A DNA stretch of 64,000 nucleotides from Lysobacteraceae bacterium (GTDB taxonomy: Bacteria > Bdellovibrionota > UBA1018 > JAGTJX01). The translations under genes were made by a program, and so were the position numbers. Every line of letters begins with the position of its first letter. Position 1 is the stretch's first letter. The notes under the pieces are model-generated. The model was not told the DNA's origin. It made no database searches and saw only the letters and a list, made by a program, of their open reading frames with translations. Of the stretch, positions 29,719 through 38,383 are shown piece by piece. The stretch lies in contig JAGTJX010000003.1 in NCBI GenBank assembly GCA_023657465.1, positions 311,889 through 375,888 on the forward strand, read 5' to 3'.

Positions 29719-31151
29719 GCTGCTTCTCCTTCTGCTCCGTGAGGGTAATGAGATGCCATGTGAAGCATCAAATCACTCAAGGATAGATTTTGATTTTTTT
29801 CTGAAACTTCTTTGAGCAATGAATTGTCAGGTGGATGTGTCGTTGAAAGCCAATACTCAAGCGGAGTTGGTCTATAAATTAAAGTGCCTTTGATCGACTC
29901 AGATTGCAGAAAGAATTCTGAATAAACACCTCTGACCTGTGACAGAGAAAAAGCATCTTTAGTTTCAACTGCATTGAGCTTCAAGTCATCTTTAAGTGTT
30001 TTTTCATTGCCTCGTTGCCTGAGAATAAAGCGATTAGGTGCATTGGCTAAGATCCCATCTCCGATTTCATCATTCTTCAAGTCTTTTACAGTCTGAGAAA
30101 TGGCTATAGCAGCACTAGAAAACTTTCTCATTTGTCGAAAACAATCTTCAACCCAACGAGCCGATGAATTCGCTCGTCCATCTCCTGATGAGCGAATCAT
30201 AGTATGTGCTTCATCTACAACAATGAGCGAACGTTGTGGAAAGCGCTTTTTAACTTCCCTCCAAATACAATCCATAACGACCAACATCGCCGCGCGAAGC
30301 AAATCAGGGTATCTCTGACATTCCTTCATTTCAAAATGTAGATGAGTTCCATCTAATAAAACATTTGTCTCCCCATCAAAAAGTAATCCGTAAGGATGCG
30401 GGTTACACCAGAGCGAAAGAAGTTTGGACAAACGCTTCATCTCAGAGTGTTGGCTACTCTCTAAGTGTTCGCGAAACTGTGAAAGACGTTTTGGCACATT
30501 GCTTTCGTAGAAAGTTAATATTTCCGTTTCAAGCAATGCTTTTTCAAGCTTCCCTAGGGTTCCTTGATCACCTGTGATTTCCTCTAAAAGAGCAGTAAGG
30601 AATTTAATTTTTTCTGGATCAGGGTGAGTTCCATTTTTAGGAAGGTCGAAGGGATTGATGCGTGTTCCTCCGTTCGGAGAAAGATCAATACTAGCACCTC
30701 CCAAGTAATCGATTGTGCGCTTGAAACTATTTCCAACATCGATAACAAAAGCAGACGGACGATCTTTGCTTTCACCTGCTGCCATTCCTAGAATCAATCC
30801 ACAGGCCAAAGTACTCTTACCTGAACCTGTTGATCCGATCAAAATGGCATTCGCACTCGGGCTTTTTTCAAAGAGCGAATATCCCATGATGCTCTGGTAG
30901 GGAGTTTCAAAAAGTATCTCAGCACTTTCGTGCCCATGGCCAACTCCAAACAATGGGAGAAAATCACAGAGGTGGCTTGCTAGTATTCGCTTCGGTCTAG
31001 TTATAAAAGTAGGTGCAAAAGGAAGGATTGAGAAGAATACAGGATATGCACCCACAGTTTCTTCAAACCATTGACAACCTGAACCAATTTTTGAGGTTTC
31101 ATCCAAGAGATGTTCAAAAGAATTATTCATGATCTGCACCCTCAAAAGTAA
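29715..31151 (-). CDS. VirB4/TrbE/CagE-family ATPase, C-terminal ATPase portion (separate frame from the N-terminal portion)
   Basis: Walker A IGSTGSGKSTLA and Walker B LIVVDEAHTMI. The frame is open from 31151, and the first start codon in that frame is a TTG at 31145. Confidence 0.8.
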   Translation of the reverse strand, partial: LLLRVQIMNNSFEHLLDETSKIGSGCQWFEETVGAYPVFFSILPFAPTFITRPKRILASHLCDFLPLFGVGHGHESAEILFETPYQSIMGYSLFEKSPSANAILIGSTGSGKSTLACGLILGMAAGESKDRPSAFVIDVGNSFKRTIDYLGGASIDLSPNGGTRINPFDLPKNGTHPDPEKIKFLTALLEEITGDQGTLGKLEKALLETEILTFYESNVPKRLSQFREHLESSQHSEMKRLSKLLSLWCNPHPYGLLFDGETNVLLDGTHLHFEMKECQRYPDLLRAAMLVVMDCIWREVKKRFPQRSLIVVDEAHTMIRSSGDGRANSSARWVEDCFRQMRKFSSAAIAISQTVKDLKNDEIGDGILANAPNRFILRQRGNEKTLKDDLKLNAVETKDAFSLSQVRGVYSEFFLQSESIKGTLIYRPTPLEYWLSTTHPPDNSLLKEVSEKNQNLSLSDLMLHMASHYPHGAEGEAA

Positions 31152-32199
31152 TTACATGAAAAGAAGTCGCTAGCAGCTTGTCACCAGAGGAAATCATTGC
31201 TGATAGCGTATCTTCAACATCCTGAAGCTGGCTTTCTGCATATAGATTTCTAACAGTATTTCCCGATGCCATCCCTTGAGCTAATCTCTGTTTGCGTGAA
31301 AGACGCTCCCTTTCTTCGGTTTGCGGTAGTACCAACAAGGTCATAACAAGTGAAAATGGCTTTCCTAAAACCGTTAAGGAACTCATCAAGCAGGGAAAAG
31401 AACTCTCTGGAAGAGTTTTTAAAGTTCCAATTTTTACCTTCGCTCTTCCTAGATTCAAGCCGCTTCTCGACTCAACAAGCTCAGATAAGCAAAAGTTTTC
31501 TGATAAAGCCTGATTTTTACTTTCAGTTAAGTTTAGAAAAATTTTCCTATCAGGATTTAAAAAGCGAAAAATAATTTCCATCACATCGCCTTTTTTAGCT
31601 TCATCAGTTTCAAACCCCAATGCATCTAAACCAGATTTTAATGCTTCATAAACTGCCATTGTTTCTTCACGGATCGCTTGAGAAGTCTTCAATTGCGTTG
31701 AATGATTTCTATTCGACGCAATAAAGGAAAATGCGCCCAGTTGCTTACCTGTCCGTATCTTCACTGAGGGTGGCACTCGTAGCGTCATGTAAATCTTCGT
31801 TTGGTGCAAAAATCCATCACTCCAGAGTTTCTTCAATTCATTCAGCTTCATTTCAAACAGTCTTTGGTTTGCAGAACCTTCTTCTTTGACCGCTTCATGT
31901 GAATGAGTTTTTTTCCAGTTAGTAAATGCCTGATCGGAACTTTCATTGGTTCTTTCTCGATTCAGTAGGATTTGAACTAAAGTACCTTCTGGAATGAGAC
32001 CTAAAACCGAAAGCAAACCCGATCTCATGACTTCAAAATCATCATCGGTATAAGACATGCAGTTTTTTGGAACTAATGAGAATGTTTTGGTAGCACTCCC
32101 ATCCTTTAACCAAAGCAGTCCTGTTTCTTCCTCAAAAGAAACGTAGGGCATAAGATCGTGAAGCAGGTGTTCGCCTGGTCTTTTGTCGATTGCGTTCAT
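31123..32199 (-). CDS. VirB4/TrbE/CagE-family ATPase, N-terminal domain
   Basis: CagE_TrbE_VirB-like N-terminal pattern (LLWLKDGSATKTFSL...). The combined length of 358 + ~476 aa equals a normal VirB4. The frame break lies within 31125-31151 at a TTTT run. Confidence 0.75.
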   Translation of the reverse strand: MNAIDKRPGEHLLHDLMPYVSFEEETGLLWLKDGSATKTFSLVPKNCMSYTDDDFEVMRSGLLSVLGLIPEGTLVQILLNRERTNESSDQAFTNWKKTHSHEAVKEEGSANQRLFEMKLNELKKLWSDGFLHQTKIYMTLRVPPSVKIRTGKQLGAFSFIASNRNHSTQLKTSQAIREETMAVYEALKSGLDALGFETDEAKKGDVMEIIFRFLNPDRKIFLNLTESKNQALSENFCLSELVESRSGLNLGRAKVKIGTLKTLPESSFPCLMSSLTVLGKPFSLVMTLLVLPQTEERERLSRKQRLAQGMASGNTVRNLYAESQLQDVEDTLSAMISSGDKLLATSFHVITFEGADHE

Positions 32200-32485
32200 T
32201 TTTTTCCTCCAAACTAAATGGGCTAATTAATGTTATTCGTGATCGAAATAACTGAAGTAGATAGTGAATCCCGTGCTGAGGTGGGTGTGTTCGATTCAAA
32301 ATTAATAAGGTGATTCCAACGCCAGCCGAAAGCAGCAGTGAAATAAGTGCAGAGAATGGCACTCCTCTCAGCAGCGGACTGATGATGGCATACGCAAGGG
32401 CACAGGCTGCAAGCTCCATTGGCGATAACCCCATGATCCTTGCAGGTTCTTCCAGATTCCTCGGAATCTTTTGTTGTAAGGACAT
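32132..32485 (-). CDS. VirB3/TrbD-like small membrane protein (tentative)
   Basis: ~115 aa from MSLQQK, with a hydrophobic hairpin ALAYAIISPLL...LISLLLSAGVGITLLIL. It overlaps the VirB4 start, as is common for VirB3-VirB4 pairs. Confidence 0.4.
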   Translation of the reverse strand: MSLQQKIPRNLEEPARIMGLSPMELAACALAYAIISPLLRGVPFSALISLLLSAGVGITLLILNRTHPPQHGIHYLLQLFRSRITLISPFSLEEKNERNRQKTRRTPASRSYALRFF

Positions 32486-32766
32486 TAAGCTGCCACTCGG
32501 TGCTGTAGGAATGACAAGATGCTTGGCGCAGTAAAAGAAATCACAGTGCCTACGCAACTCCAAAACAACATTCTTTTTGCGCTTTCGTCACCCATTGCTA
32601 ACTTGAAACCAGCAAAAATAATCCCACCAATACAAAATGTGGGTGCCAACACATCTAAGATTGCCGATTGCAAGTTGCTCATCATGGACTCGACGCTTGC
32701 AAAAGCAGAAATTGGGGTTAGTAGAACAGTCCAAATCAAAGGACTCAGTTTTTTATTTTTTTTCAT
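32485..32766 (-). CDS. VirB2/TrbC pilin-like protein
   Basis: 93 aa with a signal peptide plus two hydrophobic helices (TFCIGGIIFAGFKLAMG, LFWSCVGTVISF). Confidence 0.5.
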   Translation of the reverse strand: MKKNKKLSPLIWTVLLTPISAFASVESMMSNLQSAILDVLAPTFCIGGIIFAGFKLAMGDESAKRMLFWSCVGTVISFTAPSILSFLQHRVAA

Positions 32767-33000
32767 TTTTATTCTCCAATATTTTTTCTATTCGGATTTC
32801 TCTCAGCCACTCTTTTAGTGAAAAATCATCAAACTGAGTTTCCGAGTCGTTTAACTCTCGATTGGTCTGATTCGTACCAATCACAGTAAAGGCAGAGTCG
32901 AACTTGGTTACAGGCTTCATGAAGTCTCCATCCACATCGAGGGCAAGTATTTTGAATTCGGTTTAACCAATTAAATTTGTTCATATGTGCTTTCTGTGAA

Positions 33001-33192
33001 TTACGAAGCACGAGGCAGCTGAAATTGCATGGACTCACTGAGGGCTTCTTTTGCCCATTGTGGAATCAATCGTTGATCTCGATTTTCAATAGTTGGACTA
33101 TAGTTGCAATCAGCGCAATGGCTGTGGGTTGCTAGCACTTCGTAAGCATGGGTACTGCAACGGGGACATTCTAAGAAATTAACCTGGTTCAT
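33001..33192 (-). CDS. small zinc-ribbon protein (CPRC...CADC)
   Basis: 63 aa with two CxxC pairs. It is the first ORF of the transfer operon. A second CxxC ORF (32829..33038) overlaps it in another frame. Confidence 0.4.
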   Translation of the reverse strand: MNQVNFLECPRCSTHAYEVLATHSHCADCNYSPTIENRDQRLIPQWAKEALSESMQFQLPRAS

Positions 33193-33204
33193 TGTTTACT
33201 CTCA

Positions 33205-33228
33205 TTCTGAGGGGTAATTCCCTCAGAA
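33205..33228. promoter_or_regulatory. perfect 9-bp-arm hairpin/operator-like palindrome TTCTGAGGG-GTAATT-CCCTCAGAA immediately upstream of the transfer operon
   Basis: It ends 13 nt upstream of the ATG at 33192. Confidence 0.4.
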
Positions 33229-33304
33229 CTATAAATTGCAAGCCAATGCCAATTCTGATGAGACTCGTGAGACTGGTAAACAGTTGAAATGTATGATTTT
33301 TGAA

Positions 33305-33320
33305 ATTGAGACGAGTCTCA
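33305..33320. promoter_or_regulatory. palindromic motif TTGAGAC-GA-GTCTCAA (copy 1 of 2)
   Basis: The same arms recur at 53852-53869. Both copies lie ~100 bp upstream of minus-strand genes at the edges of accessory blocks. Confidence 0.4.
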
Positions 33321-33568
33321 AGAAAGAAATCGAATCTCACTCAGTATCAAATGAGTTTCATTGAAGCCTATGAATCTCAGAGTTGTATCAATATTTAAAA
33401 AATATTAAAAATGATACAAACCTGAGATTTCTTGGAGAAACGGGTGAGACAGCTAATCATCACTTCAAATAGCAATAACTCGCTAAGTAGCAAATAACTG
33501 TAGGTAAAACCCATAAAAAACAAATGACACCACCGCCACAAGAAATAAGGTGAGTTTCATAGACAGCC

Positions 33569-33904
33569 TCACTCTTTCTCAACAGATGCACGTTCAGAGA
33601 ATTTTACTCCTGCATCGACTTTTATGACGGAATAATGTTCGTCGAGTAGTTGTTCTACTCTTCCTGAACCAAGTTTTATTTTCTGACAACCTACCGTCGT
33701 GCGTGTTTCAGCTGCTTTGGGGGAAACACAAGAGTATCGGTAAATCGACACTTGATCCCCTTCGTTTAATTCATTGCTACCTAGGTTCACGTGCGCTTCA
33801 GAATCGCCCACCTTCATGATCACCGAACCCCGCTTAGGGGCGTGTGAGCATGCGGATAAAAGTAAAAAACAAACCATGGTTTCTAAAATTACTAATTTTT
33901 TCAT
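33569..33904 (-). CDS. lipoprotein, function unknown
   Basis: Lipobox LLLSAC|SH. Confidence 0.5.
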   Translation of the reverse strand: MKKLVILETMVCFLLLSACSHAPKRGSVIMKVGDSEAHVNLGSNELNEGDQVSIYRYSCVSPKAAETRTTVGCQKIKLGSGRVEQLLDEHYSVIKVDAGVKFSERASVEKE

Positions 33905-34023
33905 GAGATCCTCTTTCTTTTTTGCGTTACATTGATCTTATGTATTGCAAAGGCTTTGCCAGCCCTAAGAGGTCTAGAATTGAGTAGAGCTACTACATTC
34001 GGACAATTTTGCTCATGACTGAG

Positions 34024-35472
34024 TTATTCTGTTTCTTTGTTTTTATCTTCTACAAGATCAAGCTCTTCATCAGTCACATGCTGCTCAACAAAGCCATACT
34101 CTCTTTCCTTGCGATAAAGAGTTCTTCGTGTGAATCCAAGAATCTGCGCAGCCTGTTCTTTTCTTCCGCCTGTCTTCTCTAATATGACTTGCATGTATCT
34201 ACGCTCGAGCTGCTCAACAGTAGGAAAATCAGTGATTGCAGAACCAAAGAACTCTTCAGCATTTGTCACACCAGGCGTAGGAATATCGCCTTCACTAATC
34301 ATACTATCAGTAGCAAGCACAACAGCACGCTCAACCACGTTTTCAAGCTCTCTTACGTTTCCATCCCATCTAAAGCTCATGAGCTTATTCATGGCGCGCT
34401 TACTAAAACCTTTCACACGTAAATTATTGGTTGCAGAGTACTTTTGCAAAAAATGTTCTGCCAAGAGAGGCACATCTTCTTTTCTCTGTCTCAGGGGAGG
34501 AATAACAATAGGAATGACGCTGAGACGGTAATAGAGATCTTCTCTGAATCGTCCATCCTTCATTGCCGATTTAAGATCTTTATGGGTAGCAGCGATGATC
34601 CTGACATCTACATCCTTGGTCATGTTTTCACCCACCGCACGGACTTTCTTTTCTTGAATCACGCGGAGTAGCTTTGTTTGAAGGAGTACATTCATGTCCC
34701 CAATTTCATCTAGAAAGAGAGTTCCTCCTTCAGCTTCTTCAAACAAACCTCTTTTACGTTGAATCGCTCCTGTAAAAGATCCTTTTGCATGGCCGAACAA
34801 CTCAGACTCTAAAAGAGTTTCTGGGATAGCTGTACAATTGATAGCAACAAAAGGTTTTTTCGATCGTGGCCCGCTTTCATGAATAGCGCGCGCTACCATT
34901 TCTTTTCCGGTGCCACTTTCTCCCATAATAAGAATATTCGCAGTTGCTTGTGAAACTCTGGAGACCAGGTCAAAGACTGATTTCATCTCAGGACTTTTGC
35001 CTACAATTCCATTCATTGACCAAGAACGTTTCACGACTTGCCTGAGTGCTGTGTTATCTCTCTGAAGCTTACGATGCTCCATCGCGCGAAGCACGTTGAC
35101 CGACATCTCAGCTAGTTTGAATGGTTTTACAATGTAATGAAACGCTCCACGCCTCATTGCTTCGATCGCTGTCTCAATACTTCCAAAAGCTGTGATGAGA
35201 ATCACGGGAATTTCTGATCTGATTTCTTGTAGGCGAGAAGTGAATTCTAGGCCGCTGATCTCTGGCATGTTGATATCAGAGATAATCAAGTCGACATCTC
35301 CATTCTCTTTTTCAATGGATAGTGCGCCTCCTGGCGAAAGGTTCTGAATCGCATCGACTGCGGAAGGAAATACGTGCACATCATATCCTTCGCTACTGAG
35401 GAAGTCCTTGAGTAAGGAGCGCATTTCCTTTTCATCGTCGACCACTACAATTCGACCTTTAAAATCACTCAT
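34024..35472 (-). CDS. sigma-54-dependent response regulator (NtrC family: REC + AAA+ + Fis HTH)
   Basis: Receiver D-box, GAFHYIVKPF, Walker [25 protein letters not shown] and a C-terminal HTH. Confidence 0.9.
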   Translation of the reverse strand: MSDFKGRIVVVDDEKEMRSLLKDFLSSEGYDVHVFPSAVDAIQNLSPGGALSIEKENGDVDLIISDINMPEISGLEFTSRLQEIRSEIPVILITAFGSIETAIEAMRRGAFHYIVKPFKLAEMSVNVLRAMEHRKLQRDNTALRQVVKRSWSMNGIVGKSPEMKSVFDLVSRVSQATANILIMGESGTGKEMVARAIHESGPRSKKPFVAINCTAIPETLLESELFGHAKGSFTGAIQRKRGLFEEAEGGTLFLDEIGDMNVLLQTKLLRVIQEKKVRAVGENMTKDVDVRIIAATHKDLKSAMKDGRFREDLYYRLSVIPIVIPPLRQRKEDVPLLAEHFLQKYSATNNLRVKGFSKRAMNKLMSFRWDGNVRELENVVERAVVLATDSMISEGDIPTPGVTNAEEFFGSAITDFPTVEQLERRYMQVILEKTGGRKEQAAQILGFTRRTLYRKEREYGFVEQHVTDEELDLVEDKNKETE

Positions 35473-35582
35473 AAATCCAATGTCCTTAATATCAAGTTTG
35501 AGACAATTTTTCCCAATGGCGAGAAACTATAACTCGCTAGTAGCATGATTTACTAGTAAATTTAACTACTTAGCTCAATATA

Positions 35583-35600
35583 AAGCAGGATGCGTGCCAA
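35583..35600 (-). promoter_or_regulatory. sigma-54 -24/-12 promoter (TGGCAC-GCATC-CTGCT) upstream of the activator gene
   Basis: The minus-strand sequence TTGGCACGCATCCTGCTT matches the TGGCAC-N5-TTGCW consensus. It is located ~110 nt upstream of the ATG at 35472. Confidence 0.55.
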
Positions 35601-35608
35601 CTCCTAAA

Positions 35609-36091
35609 TTAGCTGGACGAGTGATCATCTAATAAGCTTCGTAGCATCCAAGCGGTCTTTTCATGCAACTGAATCCTCTGTGTAAGTAGATCTGCTGACG
35701 CTTCGTCATGTGCCTTATCAATCATAGGGAATATCGCTCGAGCAGTACGAATGATAATCTCGTGACCCTCTACTAGCTGACGAATCATCTCTTTGGCAGG
35801 GGGAACACCGTCTGCCTCTAATACAGAGCTCATTTTTGAAAATTCTCGATAAGTTCCGGGTGCTGGAAAACCAAGTGAACGAATTCTTTCTGCAATCAGA
35901 TCAACAGCAAGAGCAAGCTCTGTGTATTGCTGCTCGAACATCAAATGCAAAGTCTGGAACATCGAACCAGTCACATTCCAATGAAAGTTATGGGACTTTA
36001 AATAAAGCGTATATGAATCCGCAAGTAACCTTGAGAGTCCCTCTGAGATTTCTCTTCTACTCGTTTCATCAATTCCAATATTTATCTTCAT
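35609..36091 (-). CDS. dps: Dps (DNA-binding ferritin-like starvation protein)
   Basis: Ferritin-like di-iron motifs HNFHWNVTGSMF...HLMFEQQYTE; 160 aa. Confidence 0.85.
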   Translation of the reverse strand: MKINIGIDETSRREISEGLSRLLADSYTLYLKSHNFHWNVTGSMFQTLHLMFEQQYTELALAVDLIAERIRSLGFPAPGTYREFSKMSSVLEADGVPPAKEMIRQLVEGHEIIIRTARAIFPMIDKAHDEASADLLTQRIQLHEKTAWMLRSLLDDHSSS

Positions 36092-36106
36092 ATGTCATTT
36101 CTCCTT

Positions 36107-36466
36107 TTATCTGACGGTTTGTTTATTAAAGTACTTCATCGCAAATGCAGCAATCTGTTGATCCGTTGGATGATCTGAAGATTCACAACCCACTACTTTC
36201 TTTGCAGTGAGTGGGTGTTTTCCTTTCATGTAATTCTCAAAATGCGTTTTAGCGATACCTGGCCCGAGAATCAAAACCCGCTTGGCGGACTCAATGCTGA
36301 GTGCGATTTTTTCATAGAAATTCCAATTGTCTTTTTCGTCAGCATTCAAACGATGAGTATGATGCTCGACCATGGATGCGTGCAGCGTTTCTCGTTTCAT
36401 TTGATCGTCTGAAAAATGAAACAGCTTTGCATTTTCAAAATCTAACCACACAACTGATGAACTCAT
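36107..36466 (-). CDS. host-attachment-family (PF10116-like) small protein, paralog of 42988..43428
   Basis: KRVLILGPGIAKTHFENYM aligns with the VTIVASPHFLGVLRKEL core of the family (LivvAaP..LG.LR). Weak. Confidence 0.35.
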   Translation of the reverse strand: MSSSVVWLDFENAKLFHFSDDQMKRETLHASMVEHHTHRLNADEKDNWNFYEKIALSIESAKRVLILGPGIAKTHFENYMKGKHPLTAKKVVGCESSDHPTDQQIAAFAMKYFNKQTVR

Positions 36467-37662
36467 TTCTCCTCCTTTTGCTTTTTTGATAAAGCATCTA
36501 GCTCATTCAATTTCTTGCGAACTTCATTGGGAATATCAGTTCCACCACTGCCACTAAAACCTAAGTACACGCTTTGCTCGTAATGCTTAAAGCATTCTCT
36601 AGATCTATCCGAGTGTGGAGAATTATGAATACAAGCTAAATAATAAAACTCATTGCCCTCATTGAGATTCACATCTCGAAGGACTTCATAGCACAACCCT
36701 AAAAAGTACAGAGCTTCTGCCGATCTCAAACTCTTTGGATATAAAGCTAATAAATCATGTAATACGGCGCTAGCACGAAGATAAAGAACATCCGCCGATC
36801 GATCATATGGATATTTTTGAATTTCCTTGGCTTGACTCATAAGTTTTATTGCTAGAGCAAAATAACCCTCTTCAGTCATAGGCTTTTCACTCGGTTCATT
36901 TTTCCAAGACTTTAAGCTCTCTTTCCATTGCAAGGCTTGTTCTTTAAAAAAGAATGGAGCTTTTGTATTAGCCAACACTTTCTCTACAATGACTAATGCA
37001 CGGTCAGGATTTTTTTTAACACGAATCACCAATGCCAAAGAAGAACGAGCAGCCTTCTCCCAATCGTAGAGATAGTTTTCAGTAGCACGAGGCTCTGAAA
37101 TTAGTTTTTGATACTCATCCAAAGCTCGATCAAATTGACGAATTGCTGTATAGAAGTTGCCCCTTTCCAAAGTTCGTAAAGACTCGAATCCAGAAGGCGC
37201 TGTAAGTGAAACGAGGCTTGGACCGTCACTATTTCTTGTATGACAAGCAACGCAAAAGCGAGTCACTGACTTTAGAACATCCCTAGAGTAAGCACGGTTT
37301 CCCCACTTCATTGACTTTACCGCAAAGTCAGCCTCACTCGAAAACTGACCTGCAATCCACGGAAGCGTTGGATCTCCATCAGGAAAAACCATCTTTTTAG
37401 AACTTAAATCATGCGCATGGTCGGCTAGCTGTTGCGCTGAACGTTCAATTTTTTTGAAGTTTTTCGGATTGTTGTACCTTTCGTCACTATTCAGATCGAG
37501 AAGCAAACTTCCCAGAACTTTTTCAATCTCTCGCATTTTAGTGCTCCACTTAGGGTTTTTATAAGTGGAGCACTCCTCTTGCGTGATTCCCCTGAATGGC
37601 AGGAGCGCAAAGAACATAGTAAAAATAAATCCTGTCCAACTCATGGGTAGTTTAAGTTTCAT
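36463..37662 (-). CDS. secreted protein with a single CxxCH haem-binding motif and TPR-like helical C-terminus
   Basis: Signal/TM anchor, RFCVACHTRNSDGPS. Confidence 0.4.
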   Translation of the reverse strand: MKLKLPMSWTGFIFTMFFALLPFRGITQEECSTYKNPKWSTKMREIEKVLGSLLLDLNSDERYNNPKNFKKIERSAQQLADHAHDLSSKKMVFPDGDPTLPWIAGQFSSEADFAVKSMKWGNRAYSRDVLKSVTRFCVACHTRNSDGPSLVSLTAPSGFESLRTLERGNFYTAIRQFDRALDEYQKLISEPRATENYLYDWEKAARSSLALVIRVKKNPDRALVIVEKVLANTKAPFFFKEQALQWKESLKSWKNEPSEKPMTEEGYFALAIKLMSQAKEIQKYPYDRSADVLYLRASAVLHDLLALYPKSLRSAEALYFLGLCYEVLRDVNLNEGNEFYYLACIHNSPHSDRSRECFKHYEQSVYLGFSGSGGTDIPNEVRKKLNELDALSKKQKEEK

Positions 37663-37674
37663 AATTGCTCCAGA

Positions 37675-38091
37675 TCAGTACTGAATTCTCTCTTTGTAAT
37701 TTTCAGTAAGAAATTCTCCGAATACTCGCATGCCGTCGGTAGCTGTAAAGATTCCAACTACTTTGCCATTCTCTTGCTGAATGATCGCGCATCCATACTT
37801 ATGCTCTGCCATTTCAGTAATGACGTGATTCAATGGAACATTCGGGCTCACAGTGTAAGGCTCAGGAGTCATCACATCTTCAACTAAGAGTGGATCTGAA
37901 CCAGCTAAGCTTGCAGCGAGCTTTAAATCTCGATCTGTCAAAACTCCAACCAGCTTGCCGCCCTCTTGGACAGGAAGATGGCGAACTCGATACTCTCTCA
38001 TCATCGAGAGCGCACGATCAATCGAGATGTCCTTTCCGATCGTATGTGGCTGGGTCGTCATGTACTTTTGAATTTGTGGCATTTGTTTCAT
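37675..38091 (-). CDS. CBS-domain pair protein
   Basis: Two CBS repeats (VRHLPVQEGGKLVGVLTDRDL... and CAIIQQENGKVVGIFTATD). Start at MKQMPQIQKYM with RBS AAGGAGAAAAAT. Confidence 0.8.
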   Translation of the reverse strand: MKQMPQIQKYMTTQPHTIGKDISIDRALSMMREYRVRHLPVQEGGKLVGVLTDRDLKLAASLAGSDPLLVEDVMTPEPYTVSPNVPLNHVITEMAEHKYGCAIIQQENGKVVGIFTATDGMRVFGEFLTENYKERIQY

Positions 38092-38131
38092 ATTTTTCTC
38101 CTTATGGTTTTTAAGTTCACTCCTATTCATA

Positions 38132-38149
38132 AAGCAGGGAATAGGCCAA
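38132..38149 (-). promoter_or_regulatory. sigma-54 -24/-12 promoter (TGGCCT-ATTCC-CTGCT) for the CBS/cytochrome/Dps operon
   Basis: GG and GC lie at the consensus spacing, ~40 nt upstream of the ATG at 38091. Confidence 0.5.
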
Positions 38150-38318
38150 GATGAGGACAGAACCACGTCATCTATAAACGGCTGAAACTATTGATTTTTT
38201 AATTGATCTCATTTTTAGAAGAGCCTTTTAAAAGCAACCGAATCAGACAATTTGTCTCAATGATCAGTTGTTATTTCTCAAAGCGTTTTTTTATTACCAT
38301 TTTATGCAGCGAAGGTAT

Positions 38319-38334
38319 CGGCATGGATGTTGCT
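38319..38334 (+). promoter_or_regulatory. sigma-54 -24/-12 promoter (CGGCAT-GGATG-TTGCT) for the usp gene
   Basis: Consensus GG-N10-GC with TTGCT at -12, ~50 nt upstream of the ATG at 38384. Confidence 0.5.
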
Positions 38335-38383
38335 CTAGCTCTTAAGCAGATAACTTTTGATAACAGAGAAAGAGGAATAAAAA

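Larger units (their letters stand above)
21937..33228 (-). mobile_element. integrative conjugative-element-like module (integrase to T4SS operon), boundaries approximate
   Basis: A co-directional block: tyrosine integrase, excisionase, replication-relaxation protein, FtsK-like ATPase, VirB10/9/8/6/5/4/3/2-like genes, a zinc-ribbon ORF and an upstream hairpin. No att repeats were identified. Confidence 0.6.

Noticed and set aside
31125-31151. Programmed translational frameshift in VirB4
   Set aside because: There is no slippery heptamer plus downstream structure in the overlap. A simple T-run indel is the more economical explanation.
32829-33038. Second CxxC small ORF overlapping the zinc-ribbon gene
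   Set aside because: It overlaps 33001..33192 in another frame. It may be a frameshifted continuation or spurious, so it was not called separately.
34130-34531. 133-aa plus-strand ORF
   Set aside because: It lies antisense within the sigma-54 response regulator gene, which has full-length domain support.
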